A stretch of DNA of 64,000 bases from Nitrospirota bacterium (GCA_016212165.1 JACRGY010000104.1:45836-109835), one strand, 5' to 3'; shown: positions 38,287 through 48,771, counted from the stretch's first letter. A program made the numbers and translations. Notes: generated by a model from the letters alone, not told the origin.

Positions 38287-41001
38287 ATGGCAGAATTAAA
38301 TAAAAGTTATACTCCAGAAGGCATAGAAGAAAAGTGGTATGAGATATGGGTTAGCAGAGGATATTTCAAGCCGGAGATAAATCCCTCAGGAAAGCCGTAT
38401 TCGATTGTTATCCCGCCGCCGAATGTAACAGGCTCATTGCACATGGGGCATGCCCTTAATGTGACATTGCAGGATGTTCTGGCCAGGTGGAAGAGAATGT
38501 GCGGTTTTAAAGTGCTCTGGGTTCCAGGCACTGACCATGCCGGCATTGCGACCCAGAACGTGGTTGAGCGCCAGCTCGCATCAGAGAAAATTACCAGGCA
38601 GCAGCTCGGAAGAGATGCATTCATTGAAAGGGTATGGAAATGGAAAGCTGAATACGGCGGAAGGATAATCCATCAGCTCAAAAGCATGGGCGCTTCATGT
38701 GACTGGTCCAGAGAAAGGTTTACACTTGATGAGGGCCTTTCAAAGGCTGTAAAAGAAGTTTTTGTCAGGCTCTACGAAGAGGGGCTTATATACCAGGACA
38801 ACAGGCTGATAAACTGGTGTCCCCGCTGCCATACAGCCTTATCAGACCTCGAGGTTGAGCACGAAGAACTTGACGGCTCATTGACCCATATCAGATATCC
38901 ATTCTCAGACGGAAGCGGACACCTCACAGTTGCCACAACAAGGCCTGAGACCATGCTCGGCGATACAGCAGTTGCCGTAAACCCGGCAGACGAAAGGTAT
39001 AAGGATTTAATAGGAAAAACCATCTCTCTTCCTTTGACAGACAGAAATATCCCTGTTGTTTCTGACACAGCTGTTGACATGGCCTTCGGCACAGGCGCAG
39101 TCAAGGTGACCCCTGCTCATGATTTTAATGACGAGGCCATTGCAAAAAGACAGAGCCCTTCGCTCCCTTTTCTGATTGTCATAGATGATAATGCAAAGAT
39201 GACCCCTGAGGCCGGGCCGGAATATTCAGGGCTTGACAGGTATGAGTGCAGAAAACGTGTTTTAATCGAACTCAGAGAACTGAATCTCATAGAAAAAGAA
39301 GAAAAACACAGGCATGCAATAGGGCACTGTTACAGGTGCAAGACGATGATTGAGCCGTTGCCGACACTTCAGTGGTATGTGAATGTGCAGTCTCTGGCAA
39401 AAGATGCAATGAATGTTGTGAGGGAGAAGAAGATCAGGATATCTCCCGAGTCATGGGAAAATGCATATTTCGGGTGGATGGAAAATATAAAGGACTGGTG
39501 TATCTCACGCCAGATATGGTGGGGGCACAGAATTCCTGCATGGTACTGTCAGGAAATGCAAAATGCAAAATGCAAAATGCAAAAGGGGATTATTGTATCC
39601 CGTGAAACACCAAAGGAATGCCCTTTCTGCGGCTCTCAGAAGCTCGTACAGGATGAGGATGTGCTTGACACATGGTTTTCATCTGCCCTCTGGCCTTTTT
39701 CAACCCTTGGCTGGCCTGAAGGCACACCCGAGCTGAAGGCCTTCTATCCAACGAGTGTCCTTGTTACGGCATTTGACATACTTTTCTTCTGGGTTGCAAG
39801 GATGATAATGATGGGGCTTAAGTTTATGGGTGATGTGCCTTTCCGGCATGTATATATACACGCAATTATCAGGGACGCATCCGGCCAGAAGATGTCCAAA
39901 TCAAAGGGCAATGTAGTTGACCCGCTGGTCCTGATTGAAAAATACGGCACAGATGCATTCAGGTTTACGCTTTGCGCATTTGCTGCACAGGGCAGGGACA
40001 TAAAATTCTCAGAGGAAAGAGTTGAAGGATACAGGCATTTTGTAAACAAGCTCTGGAACGCGACAAGATTTATAATGATGAATATAGAGCCGGTCAGCGG
40101 TCAGCGGTCAGCTATCAGCATAAAGAGACCGGAGAAACTTGATCTTGCAAGCAGGTGGATATTGACCAGGCTGAGCGCAACTGTTGATGAAGTGAATACA
40201 GCTCTTGATGATTACAGATTTAATGACGCAGCAAACAGTATCTATCAGTTTGTATGGCATGAGTTCTGTGACTGGTATATTGAATTATCGAAATCCGAAA
40301 TCCAAAATCCAAAGTCCAGAGATGGCGTTTTATGGTGCCTGCTTCATACGCTTGAGACATCCCTCAGGCTTCTGCACCCGTTTATGCCTTATGTGACAGA
40401 GGAGATATGGCAGAATATACCTAAGATTAGAGCAGAGGGCAGAGAGCAGAGAGCAGAGAGCAAAGAAAGCATAGTCATCTCGGATTATCCAAGATCTCTG
40501 CCGGGGGACCAGAAGGCAGAGGCAGAGATGTCTTATGTAATAGAGGCTGTAACCGGCATACGGACTATAAAGGGCGAACTCAATATCCCGCTGTCTGCCG
40601 GAGTGAAGGTATCAATAAAGACCTTTTCTGATGAGGCGGCAGGTATCCTGAAAGACAATCTGTATTACATAAGAAGGCTCTCAAGGGCAGCAGAAATAGA
40701 GATAGGCCGCGATATAACAAAGCCAATGGATTCTGCAGCATGCGTAAGGGCTTCTATGGAAATATATATACCGCTTAAAGGACTTTTGAATATTGATACA
40801 GAAATTGACAGGCATAGTAAAGAGATGAAAAAGGTTGATGAGGCAATGGCTTTTCTTGACAGTAAACTTCTGAGCGAAGATTTTTTACAGAGGGCGCCTG
40901 AGGCTGTTGTAAAAAAGGAGAAGGCCAAGTACGGGGAGCTTGCAGCAAAAAAGGAAAGGATAAAAGAGAATATTAAGAAATTAAAAGGGATGGCAGGATA
41001 A
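38287..41001 (+). CDS. valS: Valine--tRNA ligase
   Basis: Motifs PPPNVTGSLHMGH, DWCISRQ, KMSKS; C-terminal coiled coil. Confidence 0.98.
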   Translation: MAELNKSYTPEGIEEKWYEIWVSRGYFKPEINPSGKPYSIVIPPPNVTGSLHMGHALNVTLQDVLARWKRMCGFKVLWVPGTDHAGIATQNVVERQLASEKITRQQLGRDAFIERVWKWKAEYGGRIIHQLKSMGASCDWSRERFTLDEGLSKAVKEVFVRLYEEGLIYQDNRLINWCPRCHTALSDLEVEHEELDGSLTHIRYPFSDGSGHLTVATTRPETMLGDTAVAVNPADERYKDLIGKTISLPLTDRNIPVVSDTAVDMAFGTGAVKVTPAHDFNDEAIAKRQSPSLPFLIVIDDNAKMTPEAGPEYSGLDRYECRKRVLIELRELNLIEKEEKHRHAIGHCYRCKTMIEPLPTLQWYVNVQSLAKDAMNVVREKKIRISPESWENAYFGWMENIKDWCISRQIWWGHRIPAWYCQEMQNAKCKMQKGIIVSRETPKECPFCGSQKLVQDEDVLDTWFSSALWPFSTLGWPEGTPELKAFYPTSVLVTAFDILFFWVARMIMMGLKFMGDVPFRHVYIHAIIRDASGQKMSKSKGNVVDPLVLIEKYGTDAFRFTLCAFAAQGRDIKFSEERVEGYRHFVNKLWNATRFIMMNIEPVSGQRSAISIKRPEKLDLASRWILTRLSATVDEVNTALDDYRFNDAANSIYQFVWHEFCDWYIELSKSEIQNPKSRDGVLWCLLHTLETSLRLLHPFMPYVTEEIWQNIPKIRAEGREQRAESKESIVISDYPRSLPGDQKAEAEMSYVIEAVTGIRTIKGELNIPLSAGVKVSIKTFSDEAAGILKDNLYYIRRLSRAAEIEIGRDITKPMDSAACVRASMEIYIPLKGLLNIDTEIDRHSKEMKKVDEAMAFLDSKLLSEDFLQRAPEAVVKKEKAKYGELAAKKERIKENIKKLKGMAG

Positions 41002-41003
41002 TT

Positions 41004-41846
41004 ATGAAAATACCGCACAGCGTCAGGGAAATAATCCGCATGGCCCTTGAGGAAGACATAGGCAACGGAGATATTACAACCTCGTTCCTTATACCGGAAG
41101 ACCAGGAATCAAGGGCCTTGATAATGGCAAAGGGAAATTTTGTTGTTGCCGGGCTCCCGTTTGTGAAGGAAGTCTTTGCCATGATTTCTGCAGGAGCGAG
41201 ATTTACTGTTTTTATCAATGACGGTTTAAAGGTGACAAAAGGGGATATGATTGCCGAGGTATATGGAAAGACAAGGGCACTGCTTGCAGGAGAAAGGGTC
41301 GGCCTTAATATACTTCAGCGCCTTTCCGGCATTGCAACGCTTACAAATATGTTTGCGGAAAAGGTGAGTGGCCTGAATGCAAGGATTGTAGATACAAGGA
41401 AGACCACCCCGGGCCTCAGGTTCATGGAAAAATATGCTGTGAGGACAGGCGGGGGCAGCAATCACAGGTTCGGCCTTTTTGACGGCATACTGATAAAGGA
41501 TAACCACATAGAGGCTGTCGGAAGCATAACAGAGGCCCTGCGCCTGGCCAAAGAAGGGCATCATCTTGCAAAGGTCGAGGTTGAGGTGGAAAACCTCAAG
41601 GACCTCAAAGAGGCAGTAGAAGGAGGCGCTGACATTGTGATGCTTGATAACATGTCTGTTGAGAATATGAAAGAGGCTGTAAAGATTGCACGCGGCATAC
41701 AAAGAAATATAATCCTTGAGGCTTCAGGGAATGTAACCCTGAACAATGTCAGGGATATTGCTGAAACAGGCGTGGATCTGATATCAATAGGCGCGCTTAC
41801 CCATTCAGCAACAGCAGCGGATATAAGCATGAAAATAGTGAGGTAA
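41004..41846 (+). CDS. nadC: Nicotinate-nucleotide diphosphorylase
   Basis: Motifs DTRKTTPG, HRFGL, IKDNH, EVEVE, MLDN, EASG, GALTHS. Confidence 0.97.
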   Translation: MKIPHSVREIIRMALEEDIGNGDITTSFLIPEDQESRALIMAKGNFVVAGLPFVKEVFAMISAGARFTVFINDGLKVTKGDMIAEVYGKTRALLAGERVGLNILQRLSGIATLTNMFAEKVSGLNARIVDTRKTTPGLRFMEKYAVRTGGGSNHRFGLFDGILIKDNHIEAVGSITEALRLAKEGHHLAKVEVEVENLKDLKEAVEGGADIVMLDNMSVENMKEAVKIARGIQRNIILEASGNVTLNNVRDIAETGVDLISIGALTHSATAADISMKIVR

Positions 41847-41883
41847 TGTTTCGGGCGCTTGAGAAGGGCGAAGCCTCTGGGTA

Positions 41884-43584
41884 TCAGCCTGAAGCGCTCT
41901 TTTCCAGGCTCATCATGCCTTCCCTGGCCCTTTGATGTGCCGGAGATAATTTCAGCACTGCCTCAAATGTACTTTTTGCCCTTCCCTGGAATCCAAGCCT
42001 AAGATAGATATGTCCTGCCTCTGCCATATAATCGGCATTAGCGGGCTCGATCTTCAATGCCCTCTGGACTGCCTTCTCAGCCTCTTTTAATCTGCCGAGT
42101 TTGTTGAGGGTCAACCCATAATAGTAATGATATTTCGCAATAGAGTTATGAAGATATGCTGCCTGGCCGAAAAGCTCCAATGCCTGTGTTAAGTTGCGCT
42201 TTGCGAATTCAATCGTGCCTTCCCCAAACTTTTCCTTTGCAAGTTCGTCATTTGAGACTGTCCGTACAGATTTATGGGATAACTGTTTATCGTACTGCCT
42301 TCTTTTTTCAGGGTCAGACAGTGTTGTATACGCCTGCGTCACAAAAGAAAATATTGCGTTAAGTTTTGCCTTCAGGTCGTCAGATTCAAGATTGAAATGC
42401 ATGTCAGGATGAAATTCTTTTGCAACTTTATAATATGCCTTTTTAATCTCATCATGTGCTGCCCGTTCCTTAACAGCAAAAACTCCGTAATAACCGAGCC
42501 TCTCGTAGCTGTTATACATATTCTCTATCCTGTCTATGACCTCCTGCGGCACACTCACATCCGGCTTTTCAATTATTTCTTCAGGAGATATTTCTACAAC
42601 ACCCTCTTCCTTGCCCTCCGACACATCAATTATCCTGGTGTTTAAAAGCGCATAAATAGTCTTAAGAGTTTCGAATGCATTAAAGCGGGAAAGCAAAAGC
42701 ATGTCTTTGATTGAGGTCTTGCCTGTTATATAAGAGAGTATTTCCTTGGCTGTTTCATCTAATGTTATTGACTGGAACAGGTTTAAGGGGTCAGGAGAAA
42801 AGACAAGGGTCGCATCCATAAGTGCATTGAGATAATCTTTGGCCTTTTGAATATCGCTGTTTATCTTTATTCCCCTGTAGATAAGATTTGCAGCAGAGAG
42901 CTTAAGTATTATGACCTCATCAGTAGGAAGCGGGCCTTCATTGAATTCAAAATTTCCATCTTCAAGTCCAAAAAGGCTTATAATTATTTCTTCAACCTGA
43001 TGTTTTACTGCATGGATAAGCTCCTGTGGCCTGAGATAACCGAGTTCAACAAGTGCAGTGCCCTGCCTTTTGCCTGTTTTTTTTAAGACCTCTACAGAAT
43101 GGTTATATTGTTCAAGATTTATCTTTTTCTCTCTGAGAAGAATATCGCCGAGCCTGTCAGCCTCCTGGTTCGATGCTGAAAATATCATATCCCCGTCTTT
43201 GGTATAGACTTTTTTCAGGATCGAGCCGCTTTTTATCCCGAGTATGCCTGTAATCTTGCTCCGTTGAAGTCCCATAAGAATATCCGCAAGCATATGGTGT
43301 TTCAAAGAACCCTTTACAGGGCCTGTCATTTTCAGCCCGGCCCTTGTGTGTGTTTTTGATTTTTTTAACCAGACTACTTCCCCCTTTGTATGAATGGCAG
43401 TATCCTTGATATTGAGGTCAAGAATTGTTCCCTCAGCAATAGGCGGAGAATCTTCTATGATAAGTTTAACGCCATCGGCAGAATAATCAACTGTCTCTGC
43501 CCCGAAGGACTTTCCCCCGAGCAAAAGATTGAACTTTGAGTGTTTCTTGTATCTCCTGAAATGTCTTTTTTCCTTGTTAGCCAT
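41884..43584 (-). CDS. PilZ-DUF4388-DnaJ-TPR multidomain protein
   Basis: N-terminal EKRHFRR...DYSADG (PilZ), middle domain with RLGDIL...G.F.F, J domain with HPD, C-terminal TPRs. Confidence 0.8.
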   Translation of the reverse strand: MANKEKRHFRRYKKHSKFNLLLGGKSFGAETVDYSADGVKLIIEDSPPIAEGTILDLNIKDTAIHTKGEVVWLKKSKTHTRAGLKMTGPVKGSLKHHMLADILMGLQRSKITGILGIKSGSILKKVYTKDGDMIFSASNQEADRLGDILLREKKINLEQYNHSVEVLKKTGKRQGTALVELGYLRPQELIHAVKHQVEEIIISLFGLEDGNFEFNEGPLPTDEVIILKLSAANLIYRGIKINSDIQKAKDYLNALMDATLVFSPDPLNLFQSITLDETAKEILSYITGKTSIKDMLLLSRFNAFETLKTIYALLNTRIIDVSEGKEEGVVEISPEEIIEKPDVSVPQEVIDRIENMYNSYERLGYYGVFAVKERAAHDEIKKAYYKVAKEFHPDMHFNLESDDLKAKLNAIFSFVTQAYTTLSDPEKRRQYDKQLSHKSVRTVSNDELAKEKFGEGTIEFAKRNLTQALELFGQAAYLHNSIAKYHYYYGLTLNKLGRLKEAEKAVQRALKIEPANADYMAEAGHIYLRLGFQGRAKSTFEAVLKLSPAHQRAREGMMSLEKSASG

Positions 43585-43671
43585 TATAATCTTTATTATT
43601 TTACCCCTTCTTCCCCTCGTATATCAACCGCTGGTACAGGAGTGCCCCGTAGTTGTATTCGCCCTTCCGCA

Positions 43672-43704
43672 CTTTTGACTTTTGAACTTATGCTCTGTTG
43701 CTTT
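43672..43704 (+). repeat. 33-bp direct repeat copy A
   Basis: cttttgacttttgaacttatgctctgttgcttt; copy B at 45949-45981 with 2 mismatches. Confidence 0.85.
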
Positions 43705-43887
43705 CACTTGACCCTTGAACCCTCGACCCCTTGAACCCTCGAAGTTTAGGCTTCCGCGCTTGCTAGCTTTCCAGCTTTGAGCCTGGAATCAGCCCGGGCT
43801 TGATTTAGGTTCATGGTTAGTGGACAATATGAGTGTAGAAAAATACCTGGCGAGCAGGAAATTCAGGACAGAATTCAGGAGAGACAT

Positions 43888-45528
43888 ATGGAGAGCAGGC
43901 ATAAGCGGATACTGATAAACGCAATCTACCCGGAAGAAAAAAGGGTCGCGATTGCAGAGGGGGAGACCCTTGTTGATTTCTACGTGGAACTATCGGAAAA
44001 GGAGCATCTCAAGGGGAATATTTACAAGGGCATCGTTATCAGGATTGAGCCGGGCCTTCAGGCGGCCTTTGTAGATTTCGGCCAGAAGAAACACGGCTTC
44101 CTTCAGTTCAGGGAGATAAGCCGTGAATACTTCAAGGAGAAAAAGGAAGGCCGGCAGAGGCCGAGGATACAGGATGTTATTGAAAAGGGGCAGGAGATTG
44201 TTGTGCAGGTCGAGAAGGACGCGCGTGACACAAAGGGCGCGAGCCTGACCACTTTTATCTCGCTTCCGGGGAGGTACATAGTTATGCTGCCGGGGCAGGA
44301 ACGGGTCGGCATTTCAAGAAAGATAGAGGCGCTCGAGGACCGCGAGAGGCTAAAGGAGATATTTAAATCTCTGAAGCTTCCGAAGCATACCGGGTTCATA
44401 CTCCGCACTGCCTGCAGCGAGCGGACAGGAGAGGAGTTGAACAACGACCTCAAGTATCTGACAAAGCTTTGGGACAGGATACAGGCCGAGGCAAAAAAGG
44501 CCTCTGCGCCTGCGCTTATATACAAAGAGCACGATATCGCGCTACGCACGGTCAGGGACTACCTTACTTCAGACGTTAGCGAGGTGCTCATTGACGACCC
44601 CGCGACATTTAAGAAGACAAAGGATTTCCTGCGGAAGGCGGCTCCGTGGCTGAAAACGAGCATCCGCCTCTACAGCGGGAAGAAACCGATTTTTTCCCAT
44701 CACGATATTGAAGGACAGATAGCAAAGCTTGGCGAGCGCTACGTCCACCTTCCTTCAAAGGGCTACTTTGTGATAGATAAGGCCGAGGCGCTCACAGCAA
44801 TAGACGTCAACTCCGGCAGAAGCAGGAAAGAAGAACATATCGAAGGAACTGCTCTCAGGACCAATCTTGAGGCAGCGGACGAGATAGCGCGCCATCTCAG
44901 GCTCAGAGATATCGGCGGCCTTATCGTAATAGATTTTATTGATATGGAGTCATTAAAAAACCGGCGGGAAGTTGAGAACAGGCTGGAAGAGGCAATGAGC
45001 GCTGACAAGGCCCATTTCGAGCTGACAGGGATATCCAAATTCGGGCTTATCGAGATGACGCGCGAGCGCCTGCGGCCTGCATTTGCCCAGGCCGTGAGCC
45101 GTGTGTGCGAAACCTGCGAGGGCACAGGGGCCATAAAATCGGATGAATCAATCGCGATAGCAGCGTTGAAGAATATCCAGGCGCGCGCTGCCAGGGGAGA
45201 CTGTGATTCCATTGCGTGCGACATGCCTGTCGGAAGCATGAACTATCTCATCAACACGAAGAGAGAAGACCTGCTGAGGATAGAGAAGGACTTTGGCATC
45301 CCGGTTAAGCTTCGCGCGGACAATAGCCTGTCAGGCAGGTTCCTGCTTAAGGCCGTCGAGAAAAAGACTGAGGCTGTGCAAGAGGCAGGCATTGTTTCCA
45401 GTGAGGGCGGCATTCAGGGTTCAGCGGCAACGGCATCAGGGCAGGCCATGTTGGAAGGGCAGGGCGGTCAGAGGAGAAAAAGAAGAAGGCGCAGGAAGAA
45501 AAAAAGTCCTGAAGAAATAAGCGGATGA
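43888..45528 (+). CDS. Ribonuclease E/G family
   Basis: KGNIYKG, AAFVDFG, KGASLT, AIDVNSG, LRDIGGLIVIDFIDM, CxxCxGxG Zn-link; short Arg-rich tail; ATG 43888 with RBS. Confidence 0.93.
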   Translation: MESRHKRILINAIYPEEKRVAIAEGETLVDFYVELSEKEHLKGNIYKGIVIRIEPGLQAAFVDFGQKKHGFLQFREISREYFKEKKEGRQRPRIQDVIEKGQEIVVQVEKDARDTKGASLTTFISLPGRYIVMLPGQERVGISRKIEALEDRERLKEIFKSLKLPKHTGFILRTACSERTGEELNNDLKYLTKLWDRIQAEAKKASAPALIYKEHDIALRTVRDYLTSDVSEVLIDDPATFKKTKDFLRKAAPWLKTSIRLYSGKKPIFSHHDIEGQIAKLGERYVHLPSKGYFVIDKAEALTAIDVNSGRSRKEEHIEGTALRTNLEAADEIARHLRLRDIGGLIVIDFIDMESLKNRREVENRLEEAMSADKAHFELTGISKFGLIEMTRERLRPAFAQAVSRVCETCEGTGAIKSDESIAIAALKNIQARAARGDCDSIACDMPVGSMNYLINTKREDLLRIEKDFGIPVKLRADNSLSGRFLLKAVEKKTEAVQEAGIVSSEGGIQGSAATASGQAMLEGQGGQRRKRRRRRKKKSPEEISG

Positions 45529-45538
45529 TGCCTGCAGG

Positions 45539-45943
45539 ATGAAGTGGAAAACAATGAACCTGCCAACACGCCTTTACCTCATCAGCGCTATTATCCTGCT
45601 GGTTGGCCTGGGCAGCGCCCTCTGGATTTATCTTGCAGCCGGGGATAATTCTGAAAGCGTTTTGGGTTATGAAATATCAGGCGGGAATGCTTATCTCGTT
45701 GCGCCTGAAAATTCCAAAAAGTATGTACATGATTTAAAACTCATTGGTGGAAATGCGGCTGTGTTTGCGGATGAATTCAGCCGCTGGTTTATCGGGCTGT
45801 GGCATGGAAAATCACTCGCATTTACAACGGCCTGCATTGCCGGCTTTATATCCCTTGTGTTTTTCTTTGCTGCCAGAATCGCACTATCCCACTTAACATC
45901 CGGCGCCCGTGATGAAAATAACAGGGCCGGGAACGAGACTTGA
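45539..45943 (+). CDS. Hypothetical 2-TM membrane protein
   Basis: Two hydrophobic helices flanking SKKY.HDL..IGG.A...F..WF.GLWHG. Confidence 0.7.
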   Translation: MKWKTMNLPTRLYLISAIILLVGLGSALWIYLAAGDNSESVLGYEISGGNAYLVAPENSKKYVHDLKLIGGNAAVFADEFSRWFIGLWHGKSLAFTTACIAGFISLVFFFAARIALSHLTSGARDENNRAGNET

Positions 45944-45948
45944 AGCAG

Positions 45949-45981
45949 CTTTTGACTTTTGCATTTATGCTCTGTTGCTTT
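45949..45981 (+). repeat. 33-bp direct repeat copy B
   Basis: cttttgacttttgcatttatgctctgttgcttt. Confidence 0.85.
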
Positions 45982-46009
45982 TCCTTCTCAGATTTGATGT
46001 AATATCCTT

Positions 46010-46411
46010 ATGCTAGTTCAGTATGAGGACGAGTCCCAGACCAACCGCAAACATCAGAGATATCCGATTTCTGCGACGGCGTTGATAAGGATTAAAAATA
46101 AGGATAACTCTTCAATTGATACTTTGGTTGCAAATATTTCCAAGCCGGGGTTAGGGCTCTATTCATATGTCTCGATTCCGGATGGAACGCCTGTATCCAT
46201 AGAACTCTCTTTTATCGGAATAAAAGGGCTTGAAAAAGACACCATCGAAGGGAAGGTAATACACTCGTCAAAACTGGGCAGCCTTTATTATGTCGGCGTT
46301 TTATTCGATGAGGAAATAAATGCCGCGGCACAGCCCTTGTTATACGGACACTTCTGGAAAATAGTTGAGTTGGAGAAAATAATCTTCTTTAAGCGAATGC
46401 CGGTTGATTGA
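46010..46411 (+). CDS. Stand-alone PilZ domain protein
   Basis: RKHQR (RxxxR) and NISKPG (NxSxxG) motifs. Confidence 0.85.
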   Translation: MLVQYEDESQTNRKHQRYPISATALIRIKNKDNSSIDTLVANISKPGLGLYSYVSIPDGTPVSIELSFIGIKGLEKDTIEGKVIHSSKLGSLYYVGVLFDEEINAAAQPLLYGHFWKIVELEKIIFFKRMPVD

Positions 46412-46474
46412 AGCTCTCTTGCTTTAGAATTTTCATTTTGTGGATTTAAGAACCGAGCATCATCGAATGTCGGC

Positions 46475-48088
46475 CTAAAGTTTTTTCCCATTTTCGAGCA
46501 GCACAGCCATATCCTTTTTGTCCAATGGCTTCGAAAACAGATATCCCTGATAATAATCGCATTTCAACTTTCTCAATTCTTCTAGCTGATTAACCGCTTC
46601 GACCCCCTCAGCAATTACCTCCATTTTCATGTTATGAGCCATTGATATTATTGTTTTAACAATTTCCATTGCCCATTCATTGTCGCACATGGCCTGTATG
46701 AAAGATCGGTCTATTTTAAGAGCATCGAGTGGAAACTTATGAAGATACCCCAAAGAGGAATAACCTGTTCCAAAATCATCCATATGAACCTTTATATTCA
46801 GTTCCTTTAATTTCATGAATACGGCTGCTGCGATTTCAGGGTTGCGCATGATGACACTTTCAGTACTTTCCAGGTTCAGCTTATCCGGACTAAGCCCGGT
46901 TTCGTCCAGGACTTGTTTTATTGTATCTACAATATCGAGCGTGAACTGCCTTGTTGAGATATTCACGCTTATTGCCAGGCGCGAGAATGAGGGAAACTGC
47001 TCATGACATATAAGCATATGTCTGCAAGCTTCGCTGAGCACCCATCTGCCGATTGGGATTATCAGTCCCGTCTCCTCGGCAACAGGAATAAACTCAGCGG
47101 GCGGAATCAACTTTCCCTCCAAACATTTACAGCGCAAGAGGGCCTCAAATCCCGATAGTTCGTTGGTGTCACAAGAAATAATAGGCTGATAATTCAGGAA
47201 AAAATCGTTTTTTTCAACCGCCCGGCGCAAATTGTTTTCCAGTTTCAGATATGATGTCGCCTCGGTATGCAGGGTTTCATCGAAAATGACATAGCAATCC
47301 CTGCCAAGCTCTTTGGCCTTAAACACTGCGGTATCTGCGTCCCGCAGCATATCTTCGGGCTTCTCATAACCTGTTCTGCTTATGGTTATCCCGATGCTTG
47401 CAGTAATATATACTTCACGTTCGGATACGTTTATTGAAAGTTTGATTATGTTTTGAAGCCGCTTTGCCACGCTTATTACATCCATGATATTCCTGACATC
47501 TGACAACAAGATTGCAAACTCGTCTCCTCCGAACCTTGCAACCGTATCAGGTTCTGCAACTCTCGCGACCGTATCATAGGGGCGTATTTGCTTTTTCAGC
47601 CTTCCGGCTATTTCTATCAGGAGTTGGTCTCCAACCCCATGGCCCAGGCTATCATTTACATTTTTAAAACGGTCGAGGTCTAAAAAAAGAATAGCAAACA
47701 TATGGTCTTTTTGCCGGTGTACACGAGAGATTGATGCCATTATCTCGTCTAAAAACAATGTCCGGTTAGGCAATTGAGTCAGCACATCATAATGGGTGAC
47801 TTGTCTCAAGTGCAACTCGGTAGTTTTTTTTATGAGCTTAGTCCGTTCATTAATAAGATGACTTATTACGGTTAAGATAAATGGGGCCAACAATATTAAG
47901 GCATGAAACTTGATACCGTTTTGCTCTATAGATAAAAAGTGTTGTAAAACTGTGATGGTGAACCCCTGCTCTTGAGTAATGTTATAGATATAAAGACCAA
48001 GAATAATCCAGGCAAGGATAACGGTATAGGTTGCCAGCCTGGATAGTAATCCATATTCCGGAGTCTTTATTTGTGGAATGTCGCTCAA
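46475..48088 (-). CDS. Membrane-anchored GGDEF-EAL protein
   Basis: 2 TMs, FGGDEF, EALLR, DDFGTGYSS, KIDRSF, AEGVE, QGY; start uncertain. Confidence 0.92.
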   Translation of the reverse strand: MSDIPQIKTPEYGLLSRLATYTVILAWIILGLYIYNITQEQGFTITVLQHFLSIEQNGIKFHALILLAPFILTVISHLINERTKLIKKTTELHLRQVTHYDVLTQLPNRTLFLDEIMASISRVHRQKDHMFAILFLDLDRFKNVNDSLGHGVGDQLLIEIAGRLKKQIRPYDTVARVAEPDTVARFGGDEFAILLSDVRNIMDVISVAKRLQNIIKLSINVSEREVYITASIGITISRTGYEKPEDMLRDADTAVFKAKELGRDCYVIFDETLHTEATSYLKLENNLRRAVEKNDFFLNYQPIISCDTNELSGFEALLRCKCLEGKLIPPAEFIPVAEETGLIIPIGRWVLSEACRHMLICHEQFPSFSRLAISVNISTRQFTLDIVDTIKQVLDETGLSPDKLNLESTESVIMRNPEIAAAVFMKLKELNIKVHMDDFGTGYSSLGYLHKFPLDALKIDRSFIQAMCDNEWAMEIVKTIISMAHNMKMEVIAEGVEAVNQLEELRKLKCDYYQGYLFSKPLDKKDMAVLLENGKKL

Positions 48089-48203
48089 TATTATCGCTTG
48101 CCTTAGTCAGTTTTTTGGGTCTCAGGGTTAGTTGATGTTCTAGCAGCATAAAATGTGCAGCTAGCATCAGAAAGTAAAACTTCATATTGGCTCATAGCAG
48201 TCT

Positions 48204-48413
48204 TTAGACTTTCGGTTGTTGAGTTTCAGTTAATTCCCTGTACCTGTCTTTAAGCCTGTTCAGATGATATTCTTCCCCCCTGGCAAATTCCTCAAAGAGT
48301 TTCTTACTTTCGGGATCCGAAGTATTCATCGCGGCCTTTTGATAAAAGCCGAATGCTTCGCTTTTGTTCTCAATAGCCATTTTAAAGATGATAAAAAGGT
48401 CCTCCCTGTCCAT
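48204..48413 (-). CDS. Small rubrerythrin/ferritin-like protein
   Basis: AIENK.EA..FY..AA......K.LF..FA..E..H; GGAGGGGG RBS. Confidence 0.75.
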   Translation of the reverse strand: MDREDLFIIFKMAIENKSEAFGFYQKAAMNTSDPESKKLFEEFARGEEYHLNRLKDRYRELTETQQPKV

Positions 48414-48771
48414 GCCCCCTCCCTGCCGAACAGATTTTACACTATATATCGGCAGCGCAAAGATAAACTTTAATCTAAAAGGGGGTTATTTTCTCTAGGA
48501 ATATCGAGAAGTTAGGACTAGAAGGTGAAGTCCGCAAGTTCTTGTTAAGGCTGTGTAGAAATACTATTAAAGTCCCCGCTTCTGCGCTTGCCCGCTTGCA
48601 GCCTTCAGCGCTAAACACCTTGTCAAAATAGTCCTTGCTTTAACAGGCATAGCGTATTATTATTAATTAATTTTTTGCGGGATGATTGATGGAAGAAAAG
48701 GAGAGATGTCAAAATGCAAGATTTGACCCCAAAAGCCCGTAAAAACACTGAAGCCGTGAAAGGAGAATGTT

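Noticed and set aside
47536-47580. DTVAR...DTVAR duplication before GGDEF
   Set aside because: Short insertions at this loop are common in GGDEF-EAL proteins and the catalytic motif is intact.
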